Shown: one piece after another, positions 1 to 13,000 of the stretch | Layout of the letters: every line of letters starts with the position of its first letter | Numbering within the stretch: position 1 is the stretch's first letter | Translations under genes and position numbers: made by a program | Source: Pocillopora damicornis | Lineage: Eukaryota | Direction: 5' to 3' | Assembly: GCF_003704095.1 (NCBI RefSeq) | Contig: NW_020844050.1 | Location: 62,001-126,000 of the forward strand | Length of the DNA: 64,000 nucleotides | The notes under the pieces: model-generated | What the model saw: only the letters and a program-made list of their open reading frames with translations | What the model was told of the DNA's origin: nothing | The model's database searches: none

Positions 1-32
1 GCTTACTTCTGTGAATCAACTTCTGGTGACGG

Positions 33-337
33 ATCAACTTTACTAATGATGAGTTGAGTTGGTCCTTGTGATTCGTCAACATTGAATACCCCAATTTAAC
101 GCTAAAGTATGTATTGTCTTCTTTTGTGGATTGACATCCGATTAGATGCATCAACTTTACTAATGACAAGTCAAGTCGACCCGTGTAAATCATGTTGATT
201 CGTCAACACTGAATACCCCAATTTAACACTTAAGTATGAATTGTCTTCATGTGCAAATCGACTCATGGTTAGATGGATGGACTTAACTAATGATGAGTCG
301 TGTTGACCCAAACAAATTGTGTGGATTCATCAACATT
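33..337. repeat. Degenerate tandem repeat, about 2.5 copies of a ~120-130 bp unit (in a PNKP intron)
   Basis: Blocks 'atcaactttactaatga', 'gattcgtcaaca' and 'tgaataccccaatttaac' recur at ~120-130 bp spacing. Confidence 0.7.
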
Positions 338-780
338 TATTATGCCCCTGTTTAATGCTCTAGGAGGGAAGAAGGTTCATTTTTATATTTATAATATTCT
401 GATAATGAACTTCCAGCCATTTCACCCTTTAAGAACATGGAAGGTTCATGTAGTCATATTCTCTTTTCATGCTACCCATTTTCACACATTGCTTAGGCCC
501 CCCGACTTCCAGTATGTTTATGCACTATTCGACTTCTGGTATACCATGCTACTCATTTTCACACATTGCTTGCCACCCTCCACTTTCGGTTATTCAACTT
601 TCACTGTATCGATTTGTCAACAACTGTAGATGAATCATAGCACTTTGGGTGTATTGGACATGTATGGAAATTAGATGGCACTTGTCATATAGTCTTCCTT
701 TTCTTGAGACAGGACATGTACTTCCCTGAAAGAGCACCTGGAACTCAACTTCACTTGCATTTGATATTTGATCTTTATAG

Positions 781-3700
781 GTTTTAATTGCAACAGGAAA
801 TAGTGTCTACCGCAAGCCGCTCACTGGAATGTGGAAGCACTTAATCACACAGGTATTACTTGTGGTAAACATTGTCAATATTTTCCCAAAAATATTGATA
901 TTTGCATGCATTAAGCAAGGCCCATGCATGCAATTCATCCAAATTTACTAAATTTTGTTTAATTATTATAGTAAGTAATCACAAAATTCACTACATTTCC
1001 TTAAGCATGACTATTTTTGGTATGAGTGTTTCTTTTAGTTGTGAAATCTACATTGTCTTCCCAACCATTCCACTGGTGAAGAAATGGGAAACTGGAAGTG
1101 AGAGTCACGAGCCTCCCTTATTAGGTTTGCCTCCCAGTCCCCAACATCATTAGGTCCTCTGCTTGGGGGTGATACAATGGCTGAAATTTTGTCTGAGTAC
1201 ATAAAGTTGTCAAACAGATTAAACTGGCATATATCTGTTGCCACAGACTGTTGGCTAGAATGACATTTTTTCTTCCTTTTGCTCCATCTATGATCAAAAT
1301 ACACCCCTGTACTGTGGACCCACAAATGAAAAAGAAATGTCAATAAGGAAAGAAACAGGCTTCAAAGTCTTAAAATTGAAAATCACATCTTTCCCAAATA
1401 TTTTGTTGCACTGCATGAGCAATTTGAACTCTTGTCTTCATTTGATTTTGGCTGCCATATGGCTATAAATTACACACATTTGGCAACTGGTTTACCATGT
1501 TATGAGGTTTTACCCATTTTATCTGATTTGACCTTTCTATGTGATATTTTTCTCTCTTCAAGTTGATTTTGCATATCTGTTTTTGCTTTATTTTACACAT
1601 ATTTGGAAGCTAATATTTACCATGTTTTGAGGTTTTACAAATTTCATTTGATGTAATTGACCCTTCTTTCTATCATGCAATCACCTTGTGAGCTTTTTCT
1701 CTCCTGGAGCAAGAGTCTTTGTTTTTCATTTCCCTTGCAGCTTCGCAACTGGCCCAAGCACTTTTTAACATAAATGCCAGCTTTGCACACTAGTTATTAT
1801 GATCTTGCATTTAAAATGGCCTATTTATTACACAAGAAATCCCCAAACAAGCTTGAGTTATTCCTTTGTTTATTAGTTTCATGTTGTATACCAAAAATGT
1901 GTAATGAAGGAACACCCTAAGAATTACATCAATAGAAATATCTATTGGATATTATTAATTTACTATTTTTCCTCCCAATAAAAACCTCACTACAATGTTT
2001 TCACCTACTCACTCATCATATTATCACATCCAGTGATAGTTTATCTCTTACCAGGTGTATTCTCTTATGTGGGGAGGTACTTGAGGCTTTTTCAATTTCA
2101 ATGTTTGGTTCGCTCGTCTCTCCATGAATCAATAAGGGTACTTAACTAAGAAAAACAGACATTTATCTTTGTACTAGGCCAATGATGATGTTACTGTAGA
2201 TGAAAAGGACAGTTTCTTTGTTGGTGGTAAGAGATCTACTGATGTCATAAACAGATTTGGACATTTATGAATTCAATGTGTTTTCCTTTAACATCAAGTA
2301 ATATAGTATACCATGCACAAGATACTTATCTGAAGAAATTAGTTGCAATATGACATGACAGACTGACTTCAGTACCCAATGACACATCAGAACATATCCC
2401 TCTTTCTTTTCATCCTAGAGTCCCTTATTTGATTATACCAGTAAAAGGAAAAACCTTTATGTTATACAACCAAAGCTAGGGAGACCAACTTGAAATCACA
2501 TTTCTTGTATCTTAGATGCAGCTGGGCGACCAGCTGGCTGGGAGCCAGGAAAGAAGAAGGATTTCTCTTGCAATGATAGATTGGTGACTGGCTTTATTTT
2601 TTTTTTATATCAGTTAGCTCTGTAAAACTGTATTTATTTTGTCACACATGTACACAAGGGGACTTCTTTAATACTGGGTAAACAGCAAAAACAATAAAAA
2701 ATAAACAGCAAAAATTTAGTTTGTGAAACATTATTATATTTTTAGTTAGCTACAGGTGATATTAAAGAAAGAGGTTATTCATTTTGTCATTGGGGTGGGA
2801 CAAAAAAAATCTAAGTCCACTATGAGGAAGTGAACCCAGACCTTCTGATTACATGTGTCAAAGCTCTGTATTTCTTATGTGCAATTCTCTTGGCAATCTA
2901 TTTCAAACTTCATCATCCTTGATAACTTTGTGGTATTTGGGTGTCTGTCCTTAGGTTGGGAGGTTTTTGGTTTGGGGGCACCAATAAATTTTAATCAATT
3001 CTAGGAAAGGGCTCAATAGAGAGAATGTGGCATTAAGCAAAACTTAGATGAGAAAATAAACAATCAAGGAAAGAGACAAATGATTCAATTTCATCATTTG
3101 ATCCTTAATAATGGTGATATTGATTGCCTACACTTGTTTTACAATAATTTTCTCAATACCTGAAGAGAGTGCATGTCTACTCAGGTGACAGATAATAGCT
3201 GTTTTCCTACAAATGACTTCTGCAACATTTTTCATTGACTTTATAATAAAATTTTTAAAAATTAAGTTTGCAGAAAACATTGGAACACAGTTCCACACTC
3301 CAGAAGAATTCTTCCTAAAGTATAAGCCATCACCATTTGAATGGCCAAAATTTCTACCGGTATGTATTCTAGAGGGCTTTATGTTCAAAGGTATTTTAAA
3401 GAATGTAATATATAGAGGAGATGAGGGCACATGCATAAACTGCAGGGTCTGAAATTGCAACCAACTGGTTTCCAATACAACTAGAAATTGAGTGTTGGCA
3501 ACAATATTTTAAGTTTTGGTAGGTCGGACCATACCAAACCTAATTTGTTAAGGACACAGACATTGTACCCTCCCATAAAAAACACTGAATTTCAGACCCA
3601 GCTTCCCATTTGATTGTATTTAATAGTTTTTCATTTAGAAACCTTGCTTGGGAATGAGTTTAGAATTAAACAGCTGTGATGGTATGACCCTACCTCCATA

Positions 3701-6700
3701 ACACACATCATATTGTATGTTATCTTCAGAAAAATCTAGATGCTAATGGATCTTTATTAAATCCATCAAATGCAAAGTTGAAGTCAGAAGGTCAAGAGGT
3801 ACTGAAAAATGTAGAAAATTGACTCTTCTAGAGGTGGGCAGTATTGTTCACTCTTATAAATATGTAGCCTCATTATGACTTGTTAAATCATTTTTAGCCC
3901 ACCCTTCTGATAAATAACTATTCTGATTTACGTCAACGTAGCTTTATAAGAGTTACTTAACATCCTTTGGCAACGTTATATTCAACAGATACATAGCTTA
4001 TAGTAGCAACTTTTCCTCGTTACAATTTTCTCCTTTTGTGTGGCAAATGTGTCACAATTGGCTAATATTTTACATATTCGAGTTAATCCCCATAATTGAT
4101 CAACTGTAAATTGAAACCACGCAAAAGACAGTATTTTTAAGACTTTATCAAAGAACCCATCAGAAATAACTGACTTGCATTTGTCTTGTTACAGCTAATT
4201 GTTATGGTCGGATATCCCGCATGTAAGTAAATTGAGGTGAACAGGAAGGTCAGACTTGTCTTTAAACATAACCATTTGTAGAGCCTAACGGACTTCTTTA
4301 CTTTTAGAGTTGCTCGTAACTATTTCCAAGACAAGCGACTAAAAGTATACACTTCTCTTCATTTAATTTTGCTCATCTGCATTCCTTTCTGTTTTAAATG
4401 TAACACAATGGAACTTTCCGTTCGATGTACACTCTTGGCATTAGGAAAAGTCTCTTTTGAAAAGAGGTGCCTCTTCAGTGTAGATAGTATGTGACTGTTA
4501 CTATGTTTCTAAAAATTTTTGTTGGGCAAAATATGATCTTGTTTCTGTTACTCATTTGATACCATTGACAATAGCTTGCAATTGCTTTTTCCCACGGAGT
4601 AGTCATAACCAAGTCGGACTTGATATTTGTTTTGCGAACAGGTTCATAATTTATTACGAATTCTGATTTCCCAGTTTCACTACGGGAATGCTCTGTGGTT
4701 CGTTAAATTCGTCATAACTAGGTGAAATGTGAGCGTTAAATCAATCTCTTCCCTAATTTTCTGTTTAGAAACTAGTAACAAATACAAAACAACGTTTTCT
4801 GTTCTATTCTTCATTCAGCTGGGAAAACCACCTTTGTTCAAGATTATCTTCTACCGCTGGGTTACGTCCAAATAAACAGGGTAAGACATTAGCGCTAGCT
4901 TCATGTCTTTCACTAAAATGGTTCGATATAAAGCGCTGCTATTTCGCGGTTTCTTTGGCATGCTAAGAGATTGCCATTGAAAGCTCTTTCGTCATTCCTT
5001 GAATGTGTGCAAGACATTTGATGATTAACAGGTATGGAAAGAAAAGTGAAAGGGCAAAATTCTCGCCTTTCCTTTGAGGTGATAGAAAGCAATGGATCAG
5101 ATCCACCAGCATCCTTTCCACGAAGAGATGGAAAGAGCAGCTGTACTCCTAGCCTCTTACTGGTATATGTAATTCAAGCCCTTGTTAGTTTACTTTAACC
5201 AAGGTAATACATCACAATACGATAGTAGGTAACGTGATTATCTTTGTTCTATAGGATATCCTAGGTACATGGCAGAAGTGTGTTTCTGCTTGCAAGGATG
5301 CATTGTTATCGGGTAAAAGAGTAGTAGTGGACAACACAAGTCCAACAAGGGAAGCAAGAAAGAGGTACTGGTCACCACTTTTAATCACTCCGACGTGTGT
5401 GCCCTGCAGTCTACAACTTTGCCTCTTAAAATATTTTCTAAAATNNNNNNNNNNNNNNNNNNNNNNNNNNNNNNNNNNNNNNNNNNNNNNNNNNNNNNNN
5501 NNNNNNNNNNNNNNNNNNNNNNNNNNNNNNNNNNNNNNNNNNNNAACCTACATAATGTATTTTTACTTTTTTTTTAATTTGTTTTAGATCCGTGAAATGA
5601 CGAACAAAGACAGAACATACAAGCACGTTGGACACTTGGCTTTTGTGAAATACAAGTGAGTCCTTTAAACTGTTGAAAACACCTTTGACGTCATTAGAGG
5701 GGTGAACAGACTCATTTTGAAACTAGAAAGTGTACATAGTATCATACCAACTTGTGTCTATCATACTTCTCTTCAATACGACTTCAATTCAACATCTCGG
5801 ACCCCTGAAAACAAAAATAAAACACTGAAGTCCTTAAAAAAGGAAACGAAGACCCAAAACACGAACACGAAATCCCCAGAACACGAACACGAAGATCTCA
5901 AAACACGAACACGAAGACCCCAAAACACGAACACGAAAACACTAGAACACGAAAACACTAGAACACGAAAACACTAGAACACGAACGCGAAGACCCCAAA
6001 ACACGAAAACCACGGCTCAACAACAGCAAAATGGATGCTCCAAAAACTGTCGAGCGAGTCAATTATTGAAACATGTTTTGACAGCGCTGTGTTTTCCTGC
6101 TTGTGAAACACAGATTTGGAAAATGTTGCATGAGTTTTATTCTTCCGCGATGAATGTCTGCTGATCGGCAGGGGGCGGCTTTACATTTCCAATAAATTTT
6201 TCGACAGTGAAAGACGTAATTGGCGGCTCACCATGGCTCGAAAATGGTAATACATGTAAACGAAAACCGCCACAAGCTTTCACTGTGCGAAAGAGAAATA
6301 ATAACCATTATTTTCTCTTGTAGCGATGCAACCCATCACTTTTTAGAAGGCGAATTTTTTTGGTGAATTCAAAGGAAAGTGAATCTACAATACTGTTAAC
6401 GGAAGTTCGTTTACCTGCGCTGATTACCCATACCGCTGATTACCTGTGGAAAGTGATTAGCATCTGAAATGTTTCTATATCGAGATCAAATAACACTGGT
6501 GTGCAATACTTCATGAGAGGTTATTACAACTTCCGCATGTTTGATGTTCTTTTTTTTAAAGCAAAATCGCGTCAAAACCGATCATAACTTTCAAACGCGC
6601 GCAAAATTTTACAAAGGCCAACATTGAGGAACCTCGTTGTGGGGTCTTCGCTCTCCAATCTTCGTACTTGGGGTATTTATTTTCTTCCCTAGCACCTTGC

Positions 6701-7148
6701 GCTAATTCGAACCAGAATCAGTTTTCCTGGATTTTCATAATCCATTTACTGCCGACTCGAAACGCTCGAAATCGAACCTGTTTTCGTTTCGGAACATTTT
6801 CTTTAAATTTTTGACCTTGATAATTTGTACGTGACTTTCGCGGACTACTAAATTTGAACTTGTGGGGCTCACTTCCTCCTGTGGCGTAGATTTTTCTTGC
6901 ATCTCCCTCATTACTAATGAATAGCATCGTTCTTTTGATAAGAGTTTTAAACGTGCTAGGACTAAAAGTCTGTTCCTATATCTTCCTACACCTATGTTTC
7001 ACGATGAAATTTGCGTCCTTCTATTTACAGGTCTTCGTACGAAGAACCACGTTGCGAAGAAGGCTTTGAAGAGATTGTTAAAGTAAACTTTGTACCAAGG
7101 TTTAAAGACGATCGCGTGAAAGAATTGTACATGCAGTTTCATAACTGA
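781..7148 (+). CDS. PNKP: Bifunctional polynucleotide kinase/3'-phosphatase, 3' part (5' exons lie left of the window; one exon presumably in the N gap)
   Basis: GT-AG exons 781-852 ([18 protein letters not shown]), 2178-2226, 2516-2583 ([23 protein letters not shown]), 3267-3359 ([16 protein letters not shown]), 3730-3798, 4195-4222 and 4819-4880 (P-loop GYPASGKTT...INR), 5255-5364 (DILGTWQKC...VVDNT), 5588-5655, 7031-7148 (EEP..EEGF...TGA). Phases are compatible except across the gap. Motifs match the PNKP phosphatase and kinase domains. Confidence 0.95.
5445..5544. other. Assembly gap (100 N)
   Basis: Run of N. Flanking PNKP exons end in phase 2 and resume in phase 0, and the RY...CRCF...HNN segment is missing. 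Confidence 1.
5845..6012. repeat. AACACG/ACGAA-based minisatellite, probably the subterminal array of a decayed non-autonomous DNA element
   Basis: Repeated 'aacacgaacacgaaga/aaa' and 'acactagaacacgaaa' units. 'cgaagacccca' has a reverse complement 'tggggtcttcg' at ~6640. Confidence 0.75.
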
Positions 7149-9228
7149 GTTTCAAGTCAAAGTGACCAGGGAGAGTCACATAATTCAAAAACTGAGTGCG
7201 TGGCTAACATGTAGGGTTGAGTACGCATACCTAGCGAATCATCTCAGCAGCGCACTTTTACCTATGACTTTTCTGTCAACACATGGACCTTTCAGTGGTT
7301 GCAAGAGATTACAAACTGATCTCTTGGTGGTAGTTCATGGCGTATTTCTAACGACTTTCGGCTGATTTCCCTGGCTTTTCACTGTTTTTCCTTTTGGTAA
7401 AAATCACGAGGCGAAAAAGGGAAGTAAAGGTTACTTTATCAAAACAGCTTTTAATCGTTAATGATCGTTCTAGTGATTCGTAACAAGTTTCTAAATTGTC
7501 GAAATAATGAAAGATGCGCTAGCGTCTGCGAAGAAAAATATTACAGAGAGAAAATATTGACACAAACATAACCGACCAGCTGATCTGAAATGAAGCTACG
7601 ATGGGTTCGCATCCCCAGTTCATCTATGGCTAACAGTTTTCAGGCTGTTGCTGTCGTTTTTCTTTTCGTATACCTGTCAACTTTCGTGATGTGCTAACGA
7701 GCTTAGTAAACACCCCTTGCGTTTGGAACAAGGGTGCTTGCTCTTCTGGCTAATTCAGTTAATAAACGACAACACGGTCCGATTCAATTTTAACAGTTAG
7801 GTCTAAGATAGCGAAGATCAGCCGCTGAAAGAGGCTTAAATTTGATATTCGTGGATCGTGTAAAGGATCCAGTCGTATCTATTGCCCTAACTAGTGGAGA
7901 AGAACTTTCTGGTTTTTAAGTTTCTTTGAGAAATCTTCCATTAGGAAATTTAGGAAGAAAATCAAATCAATCACATGTAGTGCAGGACGGTTAAACGTGT
8001 AGAAACTATCTTTGGCAAGTCAGATGGGAAAGGCAATTACGATACAAATTTTGGCTGATGCAATTTTAAGTGGCGAAAAGGAAAGGTGAGGACGATCTTG
8101 TTGGATTGTTGGGGTTAATTAGCTTGAGTAATTAGCGCAAACGGGAGGCACGAGGAGTCCGATCAGCAACTTTTATTAACTCTGCCTAAAGACTCTTAAT
8201 GGCTCTTCATCGGAAGGACTAAATCTCCGTGTCTCTACTTTAGCCTTGTGGCTACCGTTTCGTTTCCGATTCACGTGACATTTCCTAAAGGATTTTTCGT
8301 TTGCGCTTGCAGTTTGTAGTTGGCGTCGAATATGACAGTAGGCATGCCTGTGCTCACGGGACATGACGTTGGCAGAGTAAATATATTTTTAACCCACAAT
8401 AACATAAGGAATTCGAAATATACAAAGTACTTAAAAAAACTCTTAATCCTCGAGAACTAAAAGCTTAGCAAAACTTCCTGTGAAGGACTCGAAGTAAGGT
8501 CAATGACAGATCACTCAAAAGGTAAAAATAAATGTGTGGTCTTGCAGCACAGAACAAACCAAGGCTCACAAGACTCGCATAAGGATTTAAAGATAATCTA
8601 ACAGGCCTAAACAATTTCCAAACACTTAGCCAGAACATTCCTAATTTCGTAGTTCCCAAGTACCTCTAATTTTCGTAGTTTATAACAATTTACAGGCAAA
8701 TAATGTACATTGGTACGGGGAAATTTCAGTTAAAAATCAGACTGGTAATAGGCTGTTTTGAAGCTCGATATCTCAGCATTTCAAAATTCGAAACGAGAGA
8801 AACGTGTATTTATCGTCTTTTATATATTTCTCGTTTTTATTTATTCGTTCTTTATTTATTTGTCTGTAAACGTGTCAAGTTCAACTTTTGACCGGGCATT
8901 ACGCAGGTAATAATGAAATTAGTGCTCAAGGCTATGGGCTCTTCTTTTCTTAGTTCCGATTCATTTACATCTTATCGGAAACTGTGGAAACTAATGTGAG
9001 AAGTGTGCTGTCGATATTTGCTTCGTAGTGAGACTCAAAATCAAATAATTCCAGAAGTCGTAATCCTAATCGCACTCCTCCTCATACCAAACGAGAAATC
9101 CACAATTTTTGAATTCGCCACGTTCTTCCATGTGGACGATCAGTTTAGCTGAAATCACCCTTTTTTTTTTTTCATGGTAACCATGTTAGCAACAAATATG
9201 TTTTGAAGTACTTCACCAAGTACATTTG

Positions 9229-9647
9229 GGTCACAAAGTCGGGGGAACTAGCTGCGGACCGCACCACGCTCAGTGAAAGGCTCCAAGGACTCTCAAACTG
9301 TCCTGAACTGTATTTCTGTAATCTCTCGGTTCTGTTATACACAACTGATTAATTCTGCTTACATCTAGTTTTACTTCATTCTATGTAACTCTGGTTAATA
9401 TCTTAGACACCACACTTTCATTCTCACAGAAGAGTTCTCATTGACTAACTCACCTCTACTATTGAATCCTATCTACTAAGAAAGTTCTAAAGTACATGCT
9501 TATATATTTGCTATCGGTGGGGATGGGTGGGCATGCTAACTGAGTGGCCTTGGAAGATATACATTTATTGTTAGAACATTAACCCAAACTTACATAAATC
9601 TCGCAAATTAACAACGATACACTTAGTGGTTCCGATCCACCGTGTCA
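9229..9647. mobile_element. Possible solo LTR
   Basis: ~420 bp segment bounded by degenerate TGTCAC...GTGACA-like termini (ggtcac...gtgtca). No target-site duplication found. Confidence 0.35.
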
Positions 9648-10010
9648 ACCTCTGACTGCGAAAGGTCTGAAAGAGTCTTGGCGCCTGATAGGTCGCAACG
9701 GGCAATGCTATCGTTGAGCTGTTTCGACTAGTCAGAAGTTATAACGATACATTTCCTCTTTTTTTCTCTTTTGATCAGGATCGATAATGCTAAATTGTTG
9801 AGATGAAAGCGAGCTCCACGCGTCACCATAACACCAAAACAAATAATTTATACAGTGTCTTAATTCGTCTCCACTGGTTGTCTCGCGGTCCTTTTACAAC
9901 CACGTGAGACATTAGACACTCTTGAAAATATTGACAGTCTTCATTGTTAGCTAAAATTTGCATATTACTACTTTCATCATAATTTGTACGCAAATGATCA
10001 TAAACTGACC

Positions 10011-13000
10011 ATGATAGTATTGAATGATTACCATTCTGCTATACTTTTGGTTGGAGTTATGGTAATTAGCTCAAAGATTTCAGGTAAGAATGTTCATTAA
10101 TTTGAATGACGAAGCACACCGCATATCATTGTTAAGTCGTAACATTCCAATTAGGTCTCTTCTTATTCACGGTCGCATGGATAAACCTTCGTAATTGTTT
10201 CCACCGTGAAGTTAGGAAAGTCCTTGCTGCAAGAGGAGAGGGAATAAGAAAAGGACAGAGTAAAAAGTAGTTATTTTCCATGATAATTATAACTATACTA
10301 TATTATTAAATCTGTTTTTACGAAGGGTAAAATCCACGCTATTTACATGTGTTCGACGTTTTATCATCACTTGATCATTTTTTTTTTGGTCGCGAACACG
10401 TTTTAACTTGCTCTATTTTCCTTTTTTTTTTTTTAATTGATATGAAGATGGTAGAGCACGCAATTTCCCAAGGAGTTTATTTTTCATAGATTAAAAATGA
10501 ATTCTGGATTTGGGTTAAATGGTATCCTCTTTGCGCCTAACTGAATTAATTTTACTTGGACGACCACAGTAGTAAATAAACGATAGCACTATTTGCTAAG
10601 AATAAATTAGGTTCCCCGAGATATTACTTTCTTGTTATGAACTAGGATGAAGTGAAAATCTGTGAAGTATTTGAAGTGTCGCAATTTACCTCAATCGCTC
10701 CAACTGAAGAATACTGTTCCCTACTAAGATTTGGGTCTTTTGATAATTGTATTATACTGACTGTTTAACTCGTCGTGTGATTTAGCCGATCGGTGCGATT
10801 AAAAGCTATTTCTTCTCGTCTTTTTCAGACGTCACACTTTAAAAGAACTTTCTCTTGTAACATATCTGGTTTGTGTCTATTTATATGGGACCATAGGGGA
10901 ACTCGAACTTAGCCGGGAAATTTAAATTTCAAGCGAAGGTTGCTTGAAGCGTGAGGTAGAATGTAATGGAAAACATTTATTTGGACAGTCTCCGATAGAA
11001 TATCAGGATTTCTCTTGTTTAGTATTGATGCAAAATTCCATCAAATTGCTTTTGCCATTCTGTGTTCTCACACATCTGAAATCATTTTCTCGCCTGATCT
11101 AGTCTTATTTTGTTGGATACCTTGATTGGGGTAAAACCCAACATTTAACTGATGTGTCTCTTACATTCTTTTTATCCATCTTGGCGCGTGGTTTGCGTGA
11201 TTGAAAGAACTTAATACATCTTGCAACAGGTCTTTCTGACTATTATCATCGCTGGCTCGGACCCGCAAACCAACAGGTGTAACTGTGTCGAATTAAGCAA
11301 TAGAATATATTTCAGTGTTGCTTGTGCAGGTTTATCTGTCACGATAGCTGCTTTGATTAACAAGGTAATTCCCCTCTCTACGGGATTGATGGCATTTCAT
11401 TGAATGCTCCGTGACAGGCAACAGAATGAGCGGATCATAACGAAAATAAGTGAAAAGGAATGATTTGCAAACACTTTCGTTTCTTATTTACTTTGAGCTA
11501 AATTGTTTCCCTAGGTACCTCTCAGTCACCATCAGGTATCATTGTTGAAGCAGTACAGGGTTCGGATTTTGTCATAATATCATGGAAATATCAAGAAAGC
11601 GCTAAGTTTTACAGAATCTTCTTCAAAGGATTTAATTCAATGCAGGGAAACTCAAACAGTCCACCACACGAGGTCGGTCCAATGCAAGTCTACTGTTTGG
11701 CGGATAACACTACATGTAGTTATTGTGTGTCAAACAGTGACAGGGATGTCTCGTGTAACAAATTTAACAAAAATTATGGGGCACCTTTGCTTGAGAGTAA
11801 ACTGGAATACGAGGAGCCCGTGAGCATAAAAGTTGAAGCTTGTACTCATGTATACCCTGACTCATGCCAGAGTCATAATGAGTGGATCAATTATACAATT
11901 CCAGCTGGAGGTAATTGGGTTAAATTTGATCTGTCACCTTTACGACATCTCTAGTTTTACCTGAAAACTGTCGTACGAATATCACTTAAAAAGGTTAAAT
12001 AGCTACCTCATCTTCACCATAAATCATCACATTATTGTTAACTTCAGTTTTTAAGATAAGAAATTCTATTTGAAATTCCTCCGAGCCGTTCTACGCAGTT
12101 TTAAGGGTATCGTTATCATAATCTGTTTTGATATGATGAAGAGAGGTTTGGCAATCCGAGCTTACTGGCACCCCTCAAACACAACAAAACTAACCCTCAA
12201 TTGAAAAAATGAAATGTTAAACGAACTGTTTCTTCTTAATTTCGAGTTAACATGCATTTACATTCGCTCTATATGAGGACGACGACGATGATGATGTAGG
12301 CCAACGCAACATAGGAAACCTTAATTCTTCTTCCTTTTCTTGACCTTCCTTGTCAGACTGACTAAACACCTTTTATTCCCCTAAGCACCCAGTGCAGTGA
12401 GGGATGTACACGCAAGGCCATTATCATCCAAAACGGTCGAAGTCACGTGGTTTCCCCCTTATCAAACAAGAGGAACTATTGTAATGTACACTATATTGTA
12501 CAAAACTGATCACGTAAGTTGAACTCTGTTTTTTTCACTAGCTTATTCAGTGAAAAATAAGATCGCAGAAAGCAGGCATTTTATCAAAAATTTTGAGAAA
12601 AGCATAAACTTCCCTTACATGTGTAAGGCGAATGAACACTTGAAAGGATTCCCTTTACTGTCTCCACATTACAGGCATCACTTTGACTAACGTATATTGA
12701 GATACAGGTTCCCTTTCGTTCTTAACAATTGTATGTAGCCGGTGGGAGCAAAGGAAGACATTCAGTACAGGGACAGTTAATATTAATCATTCAAAACTGA
12801 CTTCTTTTGCTCTGCTCTAGGTCCGTTTACAGTATTTTCTCCCCTACTGTGCACGCTTGAATCACCGAAACTAATGTTGCTTCTTGTTAGCTAGTGTTTT
12901 CACGAAACTTTCCAGTTGAGTACTTGACAACGTCACTTTTTTAATGCAAGTTGGGGGGACATCGTATAGCCGAATAGCTTAGTAACAGCCTCAAGCCAAA

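Noticed and set aside
4175-5170. Apparent long minus-strand reading frames suggesting a pseudogene
   Set aside because: Many stops and no recognisable motif; the region is explained by plus-strand PNKP exons and introns.
5702-5977. 91-aa ORF rich in NTNTK/EHEHE
   Set aside because: Translation of the AACACG minisatellite.
5845-6012. CRISPR-like regular repeats (also 33-337 and 60837-60975)
   Set aside because: No unique spacers, degenerate units, eukaryotic context and no cas genes.
8176-8364. 62-aa basic ORF on the minus strand
   Set aside because: No recognisable homology or supporting splice structure.
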